Shown here in pieces: positions 46,650 to 57,966 of a DNA stretch of 64,000 bases; position 1 is the stretch's first letter, and every line of letters begins with the position of its first letter. The DNA is from Oculina patagonica. Lineage: Eukaryota. Below the pieces are notes generated by a model, which did not search any database, was not told where the DNA came from, and was given only the letters and a program-made list of their open reading frames with translations. Location of the stretch: positions 22,878,001 to 22,942,000 of the forward strand of contig NC_135759.1 in assembly GCF_052425735.1 (NCBI RefSeq). The letters run 5' to 3'. The position numbers and the translations under genes are program-made.

Positions 46650-48240
46650 GAACATCAAGACCTATATACACTTGGATTTAATTAAGCTGAAACACATAAG
46701 CAATTGAATGGGAACAAACTTTGGATACTATAAAAGGAAGTGAAGGACAAGCTAGTGCAGTAGCCTGGAACTGCTCAGAAACCACCTGGAATCCTGGAAC
46801 TGCTTTGGAAATGTTCAGGGGATCATCTTTGAAGTTAACAATGGAACAGGAAATCTCTGGTTTTACTATATTAAGTGTAGCCCAGTTTATCTATGTATAC
46901 AGCAGTGAAAAGGTGATAGTCATCACTTCCAACAATAGCTCCCCTCCTTACATGCCATACCGGTCCTTACACAGTGTGTGTAGACAACACACCTCTGGTG
47001 ACTACAGTGTAGGTCACTTGCGCTATGAAAGTTCACCAGTTTTTCACCATCACTATTTCTCATCAATATAGATCTATTTCCCACTGATGTCCTTATTCCC
47101 CCCTGTCAGGGGAGTTCCAGAAAATCAAGTGTGTATGTCCCTGTTTGTGGAGACGACAATACATTGTTGTCTCCTCTGGTGACTGCAGTGTAGGTTATTT
47201 CGTGCTATAAAAAGTCACCAGTTTTTCACCATTGTTATCTGTACCACTTGAAATGACTCACTTCTTAACTGTGCTGTCTGGTCCTGCCAACAATTTTACT
47301 TACAACAAAAACTACACCGCCACATCCTGAATAAAGAAGATTTACTACCGTCATAGCCATGCCAAGAAACTGCAATTGTTGGAGCACTGAAACACAGGAA
47401 CATTGAAGAACATCAAGAATACTACCAACTTCTCGCTGGCCAAATCCTTACTTGGAAGTACATGTATTTCCCCAGACTTCATACACAGCAGCCATGAAAC
47501 TCTCCCATTCCAGCTCTAAACTGCTCCAGCACATCTTGTAATGATTATGGAAGGCAGATGTGCAATAATTGTTTCTGAACATGGTCTTGCTATAATACAA
47601 CTTAATGACCAAACACAACTCTTACTATTCTAAAACACAAATTGTGTAGACCTCTTGAAAATCATGTAAGAGAAGTACATCTGATGGGCAGTCTTCGTAA
47701 TTATAGTGATGTGTCATTTATAACATGATTCCTTTACATCTTGTGCTTCAGCCCCAGGCCTTCAAAATTTAGAAACTGCACGTCATTCTTTTCAGTGTCA
47801 GCATTGTTGAAGTGTAACACTTGCATTGATTACAGTCATCCTCGTCAGCTTTCTGCAGAAACTGATTCTTATCAACTTTTCACTGTTTTTATTACTCAAG
47901 GGCCAGATGAGTTTCTCAACACCCTTCATTAAGGTGACTGTAATTCTTTACTGTCAAAGTTTATCCCTTTGGCCTGAGAACAAATTATTTGCATATCTGT
48001 GTTCTCTATGAACCATCTGCACTGCCTGATGCCAAGAATGTGATTTACACTTCTTTTCATTTGTCACCTGATGATCTGTAGAAGCAGGTGTCTAGACAGC
48101 CCCAATATTCCAAAATTCAATTCTAGTCTTTGACATACATGTAGCTTGGTGCTCATATCTTATTGCTGAATTTTCCATGAAAAAGTCACTTTTTTATGGG
48201 GTGAAGCTGTCAATCTCATATCCAGCCCCCAACCTGCAAG
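46650..48240 (-). mobile_element. Decayed RTE-clade LINE, APE endonuclease region
   Basis: In the expected order: KTRIEFWN..HILGIRQCRW (48140-48010), SEKLIRISF..MTVI..NNADTEK (47890-47780), N.GEKLV.F (duplicated at 47230 and 47050), RDIH..WNSPD, QVYIGLDV. Confidence 0.6.
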
Positions 48241-49413
48241 AATCTAATTAATGGACTGTCCAGCAAGGCTGATCATACCAAGAGACATAGAGTGGAATTA
48301 TCACTGGATCGTCGAGCCTAGCAAGTCATTTGACAGCATCAAGATACACATGAAGCAGTGGCAAAAGGAATGGGCATTGACTGGAACATGGCTGGAAGGA
48401 ACCACTGGGCATGATCTTAGTGTCAGTTGTAGCTCTTGGTTGCTCCACTTGTATGCTTGTTGTACTATTGAAGCATTTCTCTGGCAACACTTACATTGGA
48501 ACAGCAGTAATACGTTGGGTTTCCCTTGGATTGAAGGAAGTTCATTTCTCCCCTGGTCCCTGACAGTTCATTTCTACACCCTGGCATGTGGTATGTGTTG
48601 ATATATAGAGAGCAATCCTGTATTTTAGGTTGCAATGCAAGGTAACATCAGTTCTCAATCTTCACTTCATCTACAGGCTTATATATGATTAATTACAAAG
48701 AGCAAAAAGAAAAAATATCCAAATTTTACTGGTAAAATTCTATCCTGTCTTGCTAAGAGACAAAAATATGCTCAGACATTGAAAGTGAGGTTTGGAATAG
48801 GTGTTTTCTTCCACTGTAACATAACATGCAGTTGCTTTAGTTATGATAACTATGTTTTCAAGTTCAGTTCCAGTTTTAAATTTAATTTCACAGTTCGGCT
48901 TTCGACTTTTCGAGCTTCTGCTTCGACGGATACATAACCTGACTACAAAGACATCAAGGCTTGGTATCAAAGCTGATTTGATACCAAGCAAAATGTAACA
49001 GACCAGCGAGAATCATCCAGGAGGCCCTGGGTGTTCCAAATGAAGTGTTGACTTTTATTCACGCTGGGACACTCTTGGCTGTCTCTGGATGCTAAATTAT
49101 TCAGATTTAGGAGCGCACCCCATCATGGTTTAAATTAGGTCCTGTTGATTTTTTTGTATCATTGTAAAAGTATTGTTTTTAATTGTAAAAAGCATGGTAT
49201 ACGTAGTCATAGCTCTTGAACGCTGCTCACTTTCGGGAGCAAAAAATGCAGAACACAGCAAGAAACCACAAGAAGAGGAAATATTATTGTAACTAATTTA
49301 CATATTCTAACTTATTGCTCATAATAAAGTGACAAAAAATGTTGTCAGTGTGCTTTTCTTCTACTATATTATTCACCATCTCAAGATTATTATTATCTTG
49401 GCAGCATTAACCA

Positions 49414-50165
49414 AATGAAATGATTTTATTTCAGGTGAAACAAGCCCACTTTCAGGGGCAAACTATTGTTTCCAATCGGTAACTTAGCACAAAAGCTCAA
49501 ATTCTAAACTGAAATGTCCATTTTCGGGGACATGAAATATCTTTAGAAAAGCAAAGCCTATTGTAAACATTATACATCTGAAATAAAAAAAACCCTGGAT
49601 GCATGGCTCTCAGTGTGTTTTTTTTTTAAATAACCACAATTTTCTTTCAGGAACAGGTTAAACACAACTTTCAGCATGCATCTTATTAATCAATGAAATC
49701 ATTTTATTTCAGGTCGAACAAGCCCACTTTCGGGGGCAAACTTTTTTTCCAATCAGTCACTTGTCCATTTTGGGAACGTGAAAAACTGTCACAAATTAAT
49801 TAAAATGTAAATATGATATATCTGAAATAAAAAATCAACCTGGATGTCTGTCAGTGTGTTTCCTTAAAAACTAACTACAGTTTTCTTTCAGGAACAGGTT
49901 AACACAACTTTCAGAGGCAATATTAATAAGCATCATTAAACAATGAAATTACTTTATTTCAGGTCAAATAAGCCCACTTTCGGGGGCAAACTTTTGTTTC
50001 CAATTTATCAAAGTTTAAATTGAAAAGCGTCCATTTTCGGGGACGTGAAAAATTATCACAAAGCAAATTAAGCCTATTGTAAAAATGATCTTAAATAAAA
50101 AATCAACCTGGATGGCTGTCTGTGTGTTTTCTTAAACATTAACAAAAATTTTATTTCAGGAAAAG
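49414..50165 (+). repeat. Three tandem ~250-280-bp units carrying splice-signal motifs
   Basis: Units start AATGAAAT.A.TTTATTTCAGGT at 49414, 49692, 49942; each has AAGCCCACTTTC.GGGGCAAA and a second TTTCAG|GAA(C/A)AG|GT. Confidence 0.8.
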
Positions 50166-50647
50166 GTCAGATCTTATCAAATCACCTGATCAAACATTTT
50201 GGCAAGTGATTCAAAAGCAGGAGTACTAAATCATCCTTCATATCATTGACATCACTGGCTAATGAAGACAATTTGGTTTACTTTATCATGAAGGTAAGTC
50301 ATACATGGTCAACATTTCTCAGTTCTAGCTATTAACTTGTAAAATGTGCTTTGGTTTCCTGTAGAGTACATCTTTTGAACAGTGCTATATACCAAATGAT
50401 GTCACAAAACAACCCAAGACAACAAAGGTACAAGCAGAGACAGAGCAGTTGGAGAAAATCAACCATCACCTTACAAACACCTTTATTGTGACTCAGTGAC
50501 TGCAGCTTGAACAACACGAATGAAGGATGATCAGTCTTCACCCTAACAACTTACGAAGTAACAACAAAGGTATGATGAGGGATGGCCATTGATTCTAGCA
50601 GACATTGTCTTGATGTACATGTACCACCAAATTCTCGGAACATACAT

Positions 50648-51055
50648 TTAGCACAGTTATCAGTTGTGAGAGGGCCAAGCATGCAGATACTGGAGGATAT
50701 TGTCTTGGCGCACAACCAAATTCTTAGAAGTTATGCATTAATTACTGTAACAATCAGTATGCAGAAGGACATATTGGTTCTAGGAAATACCATCTGGATA
50801 AACTTACCACTTAATACTGATGAATCACTGATTTCTCAGAACAGACATTAGCACAGTTATCAGTTGTGAGAGGGCCAAGCATGATACTGGAGGATATTGT
50901 CTTGGCGCACAACCAAATTCTTAGAAGTTATGCATTAATTACTGTAACAATCAGTATACAGAAGGACATATTGGTTCTAGGAAATACCATCTTGATTAAC
51001 TTACCACTTATATAATACTGATGAATCACTGATTTCTTCAGAACAGACATTAGCA
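50648..51055. repeat. Near-perfect ~200-bp tandem duplication within a degenerate CCAAATTCTCAGAAC minisatellite
   Basis: TTAGCACAGTTATCAGTTGTGAGAGGGCCAAGCATG at 50648 and 50848; TTGTCTTGATG..CCAAATTCT motif recurs more than 10 times from 50600 to 53530. Confidence 0.85.
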
Positions 51056-51136
51056 TAGAAATCATTACATACAGAGATTGTAGGTGTGAAATTAAACTAA
51101 GATTTGTGTTCTTTTCACCTTTTGAAAGTTACTAAC

Positions 51137-54100
51137 CTCCATCTTGAGCAGCTTTGTTTAAAAGAAAATCAGCAGGATGTTCCAGCAACACCTTGAAAAC
51201 ATGATGTGAACTTTTTTCATTGGTGTGCACTTATTACCAGTCCACTTGTCACCAGTCCACTTGTCATTGCAACCAGAGTGTTCCTGGACCTGAGGGTTGA
51301 TCGTCTTGACAGATCCACCTGGAAGGAAGATAATATTGAGAAAGTGCTCTAAAGAGGTAGGGAAATTGGATGATTTCATTTTCCCACAATTGACACACTC
51401 TTTTCAGTACTGCATAGTCAGTAAACTTACAAATTAGGATGATCATCAGTAAGAAATCAAAAGGGACAAGCACTACTGGAGGAGACCTTGTCTTGATTTA
51501 ACACCAAATTTTCACTAACTTACATTTGAACAATCAGTATGGTTAAGGAGACGCTTATGGTTGTAGGGGAGTTGCCTTGTAGTACCACCAATTCACTTGG
51601 CTTATAATAGTGTACCAATATCAGGGTGAGTGATAAGCATGATTCCGAGGCTAAGGGAAATTATCTTGTCACCAAATTACCAGAACTTTTACTTGTCTAG
51701 CCAATTAAATATTACACTCAGAGGAAGATTTAAGATGAAACTAGGCTTGTATTCTTTGAAACTTTGAAATTTATCAAAACTTACTGATATCCTATATGTT
51801 GAGCAGCCTTGTGTTTGAGTGAATAGACCTGTAGGATGTTCCAGTGACCACTTGAGATGCTTTTGTCTACATCTTGTCGGTGCCCAGCAGTCATTATTCC
51901 TTAGCCCCAGAGTAGGAGGTGGAGACCAGGGTTAGCGAGGTACAAAACAGCAAGGAGAAGTCATTTGCAGTGGTACTGAACTGTACATCAGCCCTAATTT
52001 GTAACAGCTGCTTTCTACAAGAGGTAGGGAATTTCAGCATATTGATTAATTGGCTTGCCGAAAGCTGTTTTAATTCTTATTACCCAAATAGAGAATGGTG
52101 CATCCCAAATTATCAGAACAAAACACTACACATAGAACAGTATTTCAGGTATGGCAAAAAACATGAAATCTTACAGGATACTGTCTTGATGTACCAACCA
52201 AATTCTCAGAACAAAATTTGTATTTAGCAATTGGTCAGTGTGGAGAAAGATAATCATGATTTGAAAGAGTACTGTCAGTACAGTCACTGTGCAGTATTAC
52301 TAACCTCTCAGAACATGCATAAATTAATAATGAGCAATAGGATCAAATTGTCTTGATGTGCAACCAAATTCTCTCTGAATGTACACTAGTGCAAATTAAA
52401 CTCACTGAAAATAAATTTCACCTTTTTAAAATTACTAAAATATTCCTTCATCTTGAGCAGCTCTGTGTTTAAGGGAATTGACAGGATACTCCAGTCCAGC
52501 TTCAACTTTCGTGACAGCTCAGTTGTGAACACTCCAGGATGTATTGTCATTGCTGCCATGATGTGTACTTGGAAACTGGGGCAGTTCCTTCTTATGGACT
52601 ACAGCATCTACCTGAGAGAAAGATAAGTAGTAGCAATCAGAATGAATATTGAAGGATTTACCTTCAGTTGACTGATGTACCACCAAATTGGCATAAAATA
52701 CACTAAGATATAGTTTCTATATGAACTCCTAAATTTTCAGGACTTAGATCTAGAGGAAACTAGGATACTGTCTATGTGTGCTACCAAATTCTCAGAACAT
52801 AATTATATTAATCAGCAAAGCAAGGAGCATTGTCTTGATGAACCACCAAATTCTCACTTCATGTGCATTTGTGCAACAATCATTACAGAGAGGAAGAAAC
52901 ACAAATCTCCCTGTGGAACCAAACTTACCGACAATTTTTTTCACCTTTAACAAAGTTAATAAAATATTTCTCTGTTTTGAGCAGCTTTGTTTCAAAGTAA
53001 GACAGCAGGATGTTTCAGCAACAATTCCGAACTTTAACAAAAGCCCGAGAAGACTCAATGATGTCAACATTTCTTTTTGATGTGCAACTGTCATTGCTGC
53101 CAGTGCGCTTGGAAAGGAGAGGATGTCATTGTAATAGATGACTGCAAGCAAATATCCACCTGAAAGGAAGATAATGTTGAGGGGTCGGGGACTTCGTTGT
53201 AGCTGTACTGATCATTGACAAGCCTTTTTAACAGCTGTCTTTATACAGGAGGTATGGAATTTCAATGTTAATTTTGACTTTGACACAGTAGAGTTTCAGT
53301 ATAATATCACCAATTGCTAATTGAAACAGGAAGACAGTCTGAGGGAAAATGTACTACTAAATTCTCGAAACGTTCAGTACAATTCTCTAAACATACAGTG
53401 ATAAAGCAATCAATACAAAAAAAAGATAAATGTGATTCCATTCAATTCTAGCAACAATCAGTATAAAAAACTGTTAAAATTAGCTTTTTTCTTAGAGACA
53501 ATTGTCTTGATGTTCCATCAAATTCCCAGAACTTATTAATGTCAGTATAGTATAGCAAATATTAATTTTTTTATCCACCTTGAGCAGCCTCGTGAGTTCT
53601 AGCTAATTGGCAAGATGTTCAGTCACATTTCAGCAACAGCCTGAGAAGAGCCTAATATGATGTCACCTTTACCTGTTGGTGTCTTGCAAAAGTACCTTTA
53701 GCTGGAAATTCTGTTGAGTCCTTGGGACTGATGGCAGCATCTACTCAAGAGGGAAAGTGGACCTTTGGAGTGTCCTATAGCTTCACCAACCCTTTCTAAC
53801 AGGTACAGTACCTCTCTATAAGAGATAGACAGGGAATTTTAATGCATCAATAACAATTGATCAGCTATGTGGAGTTAACCATTTTGTTGTAACAACAACT
53901 TACATTACTTACAGTCATTACAGAGAAGAAGAAACACAATAACATTCTCCCTGTACTCTTAAACTTACTTATTTGGCAGGCTTGTTTTCTTTTAAGTATA
54001 CTAATAACACTCTTTATCTTGAGCAGATTTGTGTTTAAGTGAACAGGCAGGATGTTCCAGACATATTTCAACTTGACAGTGACACTGGGGACTCAGACCA

Positions 54101-56080
54101 TGATGTCAAGTGGAGGAATTCCTTGTTGGGGTCTAAATATCAGATGTGCACTTGAGATCACAAGAGAAACTGGTGTAGGTTAGTTATCCACCTGAGAGGA
54201 AAAAATAACGATGATAAGTGCTCAATTGCAGTGCTTTTTAGGATAAGCCCTTGATTGTACATTAAGCAGTATCAAGAATTGAATGGGTGCATGGAACAAA
54301 TCTCTACATGACAACTGATCTAATATGAAATTCTCCCTTTCACAGTCAAGGCAAATTGGGGAAGAAGAATCTAACACTTTATCAGAAGTCACTTGGGGCT
54401 CTTTTCAAGGCAGCCCTTCAATTTTTAGATGACACTTTTATCGACAGTATGTTTCAGATTTTCAAAGCTGCTCTACGTATTGAAATTTTTACTTGAACCT
54501 GGGATACATTGGAGAGGTTCAAAGTTAATGACCCTTTTTAACTCAATATGCATTTTAAAAAAAGACATACAAAATGTAGCAACAACCCTCCAAGTTAAGA
54601 CCAGTTTAGTTGCCATGGCGACTAAAATTTTGGAGCTGGTGAAAAAATTGGAATTGAAGTCGCCAGCTTGGCGACTTCAGGATTAAAAGCGTGAGCTTAA
54701 TTAAGTGACTAAAATTTTTCACTGGTGACCAATCTTGGGCACTTAGGAAAAAAATAAACTTGGAGGATTGAACAAACTAAATGGTGAAGCTACTTATGAT
54801 GATTAGCTTGTCATTTTCAGTGTGTGCATAGAAGCTTGTTATTAATGATTTTCCTTGAAATGATCTGTTTCAGGACTACAGCCGCTGGTGTCAATTTGGA
54901 CTGTCATTCCCATGTGGAAATCTTATTAAGATTTTACAACTCTTAAGACATCTTGCAAGAACTTCAAAGAATCTCTACATTCTTGTAAGAATCTTTCAAA
55001 AACTTGAAATATTTTTACAAAATGTTTAAAGTATTCTGACATTCAAGATCGCAAGATCTTGCAGAAGATCTTGAAAGAATCTTGAATTTTAGATCAGTAG
55101 TTCATCTTATGCTTGTTATAAGATCTTGTATGAATCTTTCAAAATCCTAAAAGAATCTTAGAAGAACTTGAAAAAGTCTTGTACGAATCTTACATGAACT
55201 TGAAAGAATCTTACCAAATCTTATAAGAATGTGGGAACTCAGACATGTAAAAGAATCTTAAAATAGTGTTACATAAAAAACTTAAACATTTTAAAGTTTA
55301 AAATAAAAATAAAAAGTTTAAAATAACAAGTGAACATAAATTTAAGACATATTAAATAACAATTTAAAATGCCTATAAAGTGCATAAAATGTCTACAAAG
55401 AATCTTACAACAATTTGTAAGAATCTTTCACTTTTAAAAGACCTTGCAAGAATCTTATAAAAACTTGTGATATTGCAAGAATCTTAAAAGGTTTTTTTAT
55501 AAAAACTTTGAAGATCTTAATAAAGATTCTTAATGAGAATTTTGTAAACATTCTTAACATGATTTCCACTGGGCTTTGCATCCCGAGGAACTTGTTACTT
55601 GATGTTTGGGAAGAAGAGCAAGAGAATGAAGAAGAAGCTTATATCAAACCTCAACCACAGAGGATTACTCCAAAAGGTACGCAATAAAATATTGTTATCA
55701 CTAACCCAAAGAGGTGGCATTAATTAAGAGAACAATTGGGAGATGCACTCCCACAATTCCTCTCTCCACCAAGGTTTATAAATGGGTACTGGCAAATTTA
55801 ATGCTTGGGTTAGCCCTGCAACAGACTCGCATCCCATTTGGGATTAGGAGTTGAAATACTCCTAGTTCCAGCCTGATGGGCCACTTTTTCTTTTAGGAAT
55901 AGTAAATGAACAGGCCGGACTTAATTTCTTACATTGTTGTTGCTTTTTTCAGTGCTCAATGATGTCTGAAGTCATAGGATAACAACGTTCCTTGCCCCTG
56001 TTGCTGCCACTGCCTCACTTCTTTTATGCTTGAACAGTAAAATTGCAGCTTGAAGTGACTTGATGGACATTGGGCTCCAC
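51137..56080 (-). pseudogene. Decayed tandem array of homologous exons (about 6-7 copies)
   Basis: Acceptors TATCTT(C)C(T)TT(C)CAG|GT(G/A)GA before 51318, 52611, 53159, similar at 54191 and 56080; shared 3' peptide LE(H/Y)P....(K/R)AAQD; stops and a lost donor. Confidence 0.45.
54909..55573. mobile_element. 665-bp CCCA-ended TIR element with AAGA(A)TCTT subterminal repeats (EnSpm/CMC-like MITE)
   Basis: CCCATGTGGAAATCTTATTAAGA ... TCTTAACATGATTTCCACTGGG; many AAGAATCTT/AAGATCTT copies. Confidence 0.75.
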
Positions 56081-56625
56081 CTGATTGAAAAAATAACATC
56101 AATAAGAAATAACTGTTACCATTTACAAGGTATGGAGACCTTTGATTCTATGCTGTCCAATGTAGTCATTTTTATGTAGTGATTGGGCAATGGGTGATTT
56201 GTACATGAAGGGTGGTGGATCTTGACAGTGTGTGAGCCACGAGCCATTAAGTTGGCCTGAATACAGTAACACATTGATTAGCGTAAATTGCAATCAGGTT
56301 AACCTAACTAAATAGCACTCTGGTTAGCCTACAGCTTCATGTACATGCAGTTAGCCTTTATATGGGGATTTGGGATTTCTGACTCGCATGGCTCACATAA
56401 TTATTGTCCACCTTTTTTATAGTCTAGGGTTGTATAAGCATAGAAAGAAAAGTCATTTGAAATGGCTGACAAGATAATTAAAACCTTTCTGAAACTTAAC
56501 AGGAGACTAGCCATGAGCTGTGGACAGCATTCTGCAAGCCCTTGATTCTTTTGGTCAGCACCAAGAACATTTTACAGGTAAATAATTTAATTAGTTCTTG
56601 AAACCTAGTTATATTAGGATGGCAT

Positions 56626-56894
56626 TAGAGCGGTTTTCACTTGAGTGTTGAAAGTAAATTGTGTTTGCTTTGGTTTTGCATTGCTACGCTTAGTGATTGG
56701 CTCAAAAATCTCGCGCCACTTTCTCAGCCAATCAGAAGTAAAACCAAAACCAATCGTGACTCGCTCGCACACGTTTTCCAGCGCTTTGTTCCGGCTTCAT
56801 GTATTTGCTTCGAGTTTTGATTGGTTCACTTTTTGATTGGCCAGAGTAATTACTTTGGTTTTGGATTTACGACACTCAATTGAAAACTGCTCTA
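56626..56894 (+). mobile_element. MITE, TAGAGCGGTTTTCA family
   Basis: Complete termini; homologous to 9177-9466. Confidence 0.8.
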
Positions 56895-57016
56895 ACTTCC
56901 TAGTACACCTACCAATTTATTTCAGTATTAATGACCAAAGCAGATGTGTTCAAAGTATTCACAAAGGTGATAAGAATACAGAAATTAATCTTGTCTTAGT
57001 ACATACATGTACCATT

Positions 57017-57966
57017 CCAGGCATAACTAATCGATGACATCAATGACATCAATGACATCAATTGGTAATCAATGAGTAATCGATGGGTAATCAGTTGATT
57101 AGTCATTGATTATTGCCGATGATCAATGAGTAATCAATGACTAATCGATAGGCCACAAAATTTTTGGTCATCGATTAGTCATTGATTGCATTGATTACTC
57201 ATCGATATAGAATCATCGTGATTGGAAACCGGAACTTGTAAAAGTATTTCATACTCAAGCTTGTACACGCCATAACAATCTAACAGTATCATGGTTACAC
57301 GTGAAAAAAGTACAGAAAGTAAAAGTGCTTGCAGCTGTTCGGTGCGTAATGTTAGTGCTTATAACGGCTGTCTCCCTAAGCCGCGAAGCAGTTTTACTTT
57401 GCTGACAAACATCCACCGAACAAAGTCTATAACCACGTAGTCGATTCTTGTCTCCGTACTTGTTAGTTTCATTTCCAGACTGGTTGGTGTTCCTGTTCAA
57501 TTGTTTTGTTATTAAATAAAGAGTTGGGTAAAGTGAAATATTGAAATATCATCTGTATTTGTGATTAGCCCTTCACGTCTTGATATGTCGGAAGGTTATT
57601 ATTTGACCTTTTCTGAGGACGTAATTTCGTCAACAAGAATGCCAGTTATAAAGCAAAATATGACTAACATAGATAAAAAATCACAAAAAAGGTACAAGAA
57701 AGCAAGGAATGTGTCTTTTGTGTGCAGTATGATAGTTGATGAGTAATCGATTGGTCATCGATGAGTAATCAATAACATCAATAGGTAATCAATGAGTAAT
57801 CAATGTCATCGATGAGTAATCGATAGGCCACAAAATTTTTGGGCTTCGATTACTCATCGATTACTCATTGATCATCGCCAATAATCAATGACTAATCAAC
57901 TGATTACCCATCGATTACTCATTGATTACCAATTGATGTCATTGATCATCGATAAGTTATGCCTGG
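57017..57966. mobile_element. 950-bp element with ~130-bp TIRs built of ATC(A/G)ATGAGTA subrepeats
   Basis: CCAGGCATAACT ... AGTTATGCCTGG; ACCATT duplicated on both flanks (or a 6/8 match to an 8-bp hAT-type TSD). Confidence 0.8.

Noticed and set aside
50817-50845. CTGATGA in the 200-bp tandem repeat as a retrozyme hammerhead
   Set aside because: No GAAA after the putative stem II and no stem I/III
49414-53530. CRISPR-like repeat-spacer array
   Set aside because: Repeats are degenerate, spacers are homologous to each other and irregular, no cas genes, eukaryotic context
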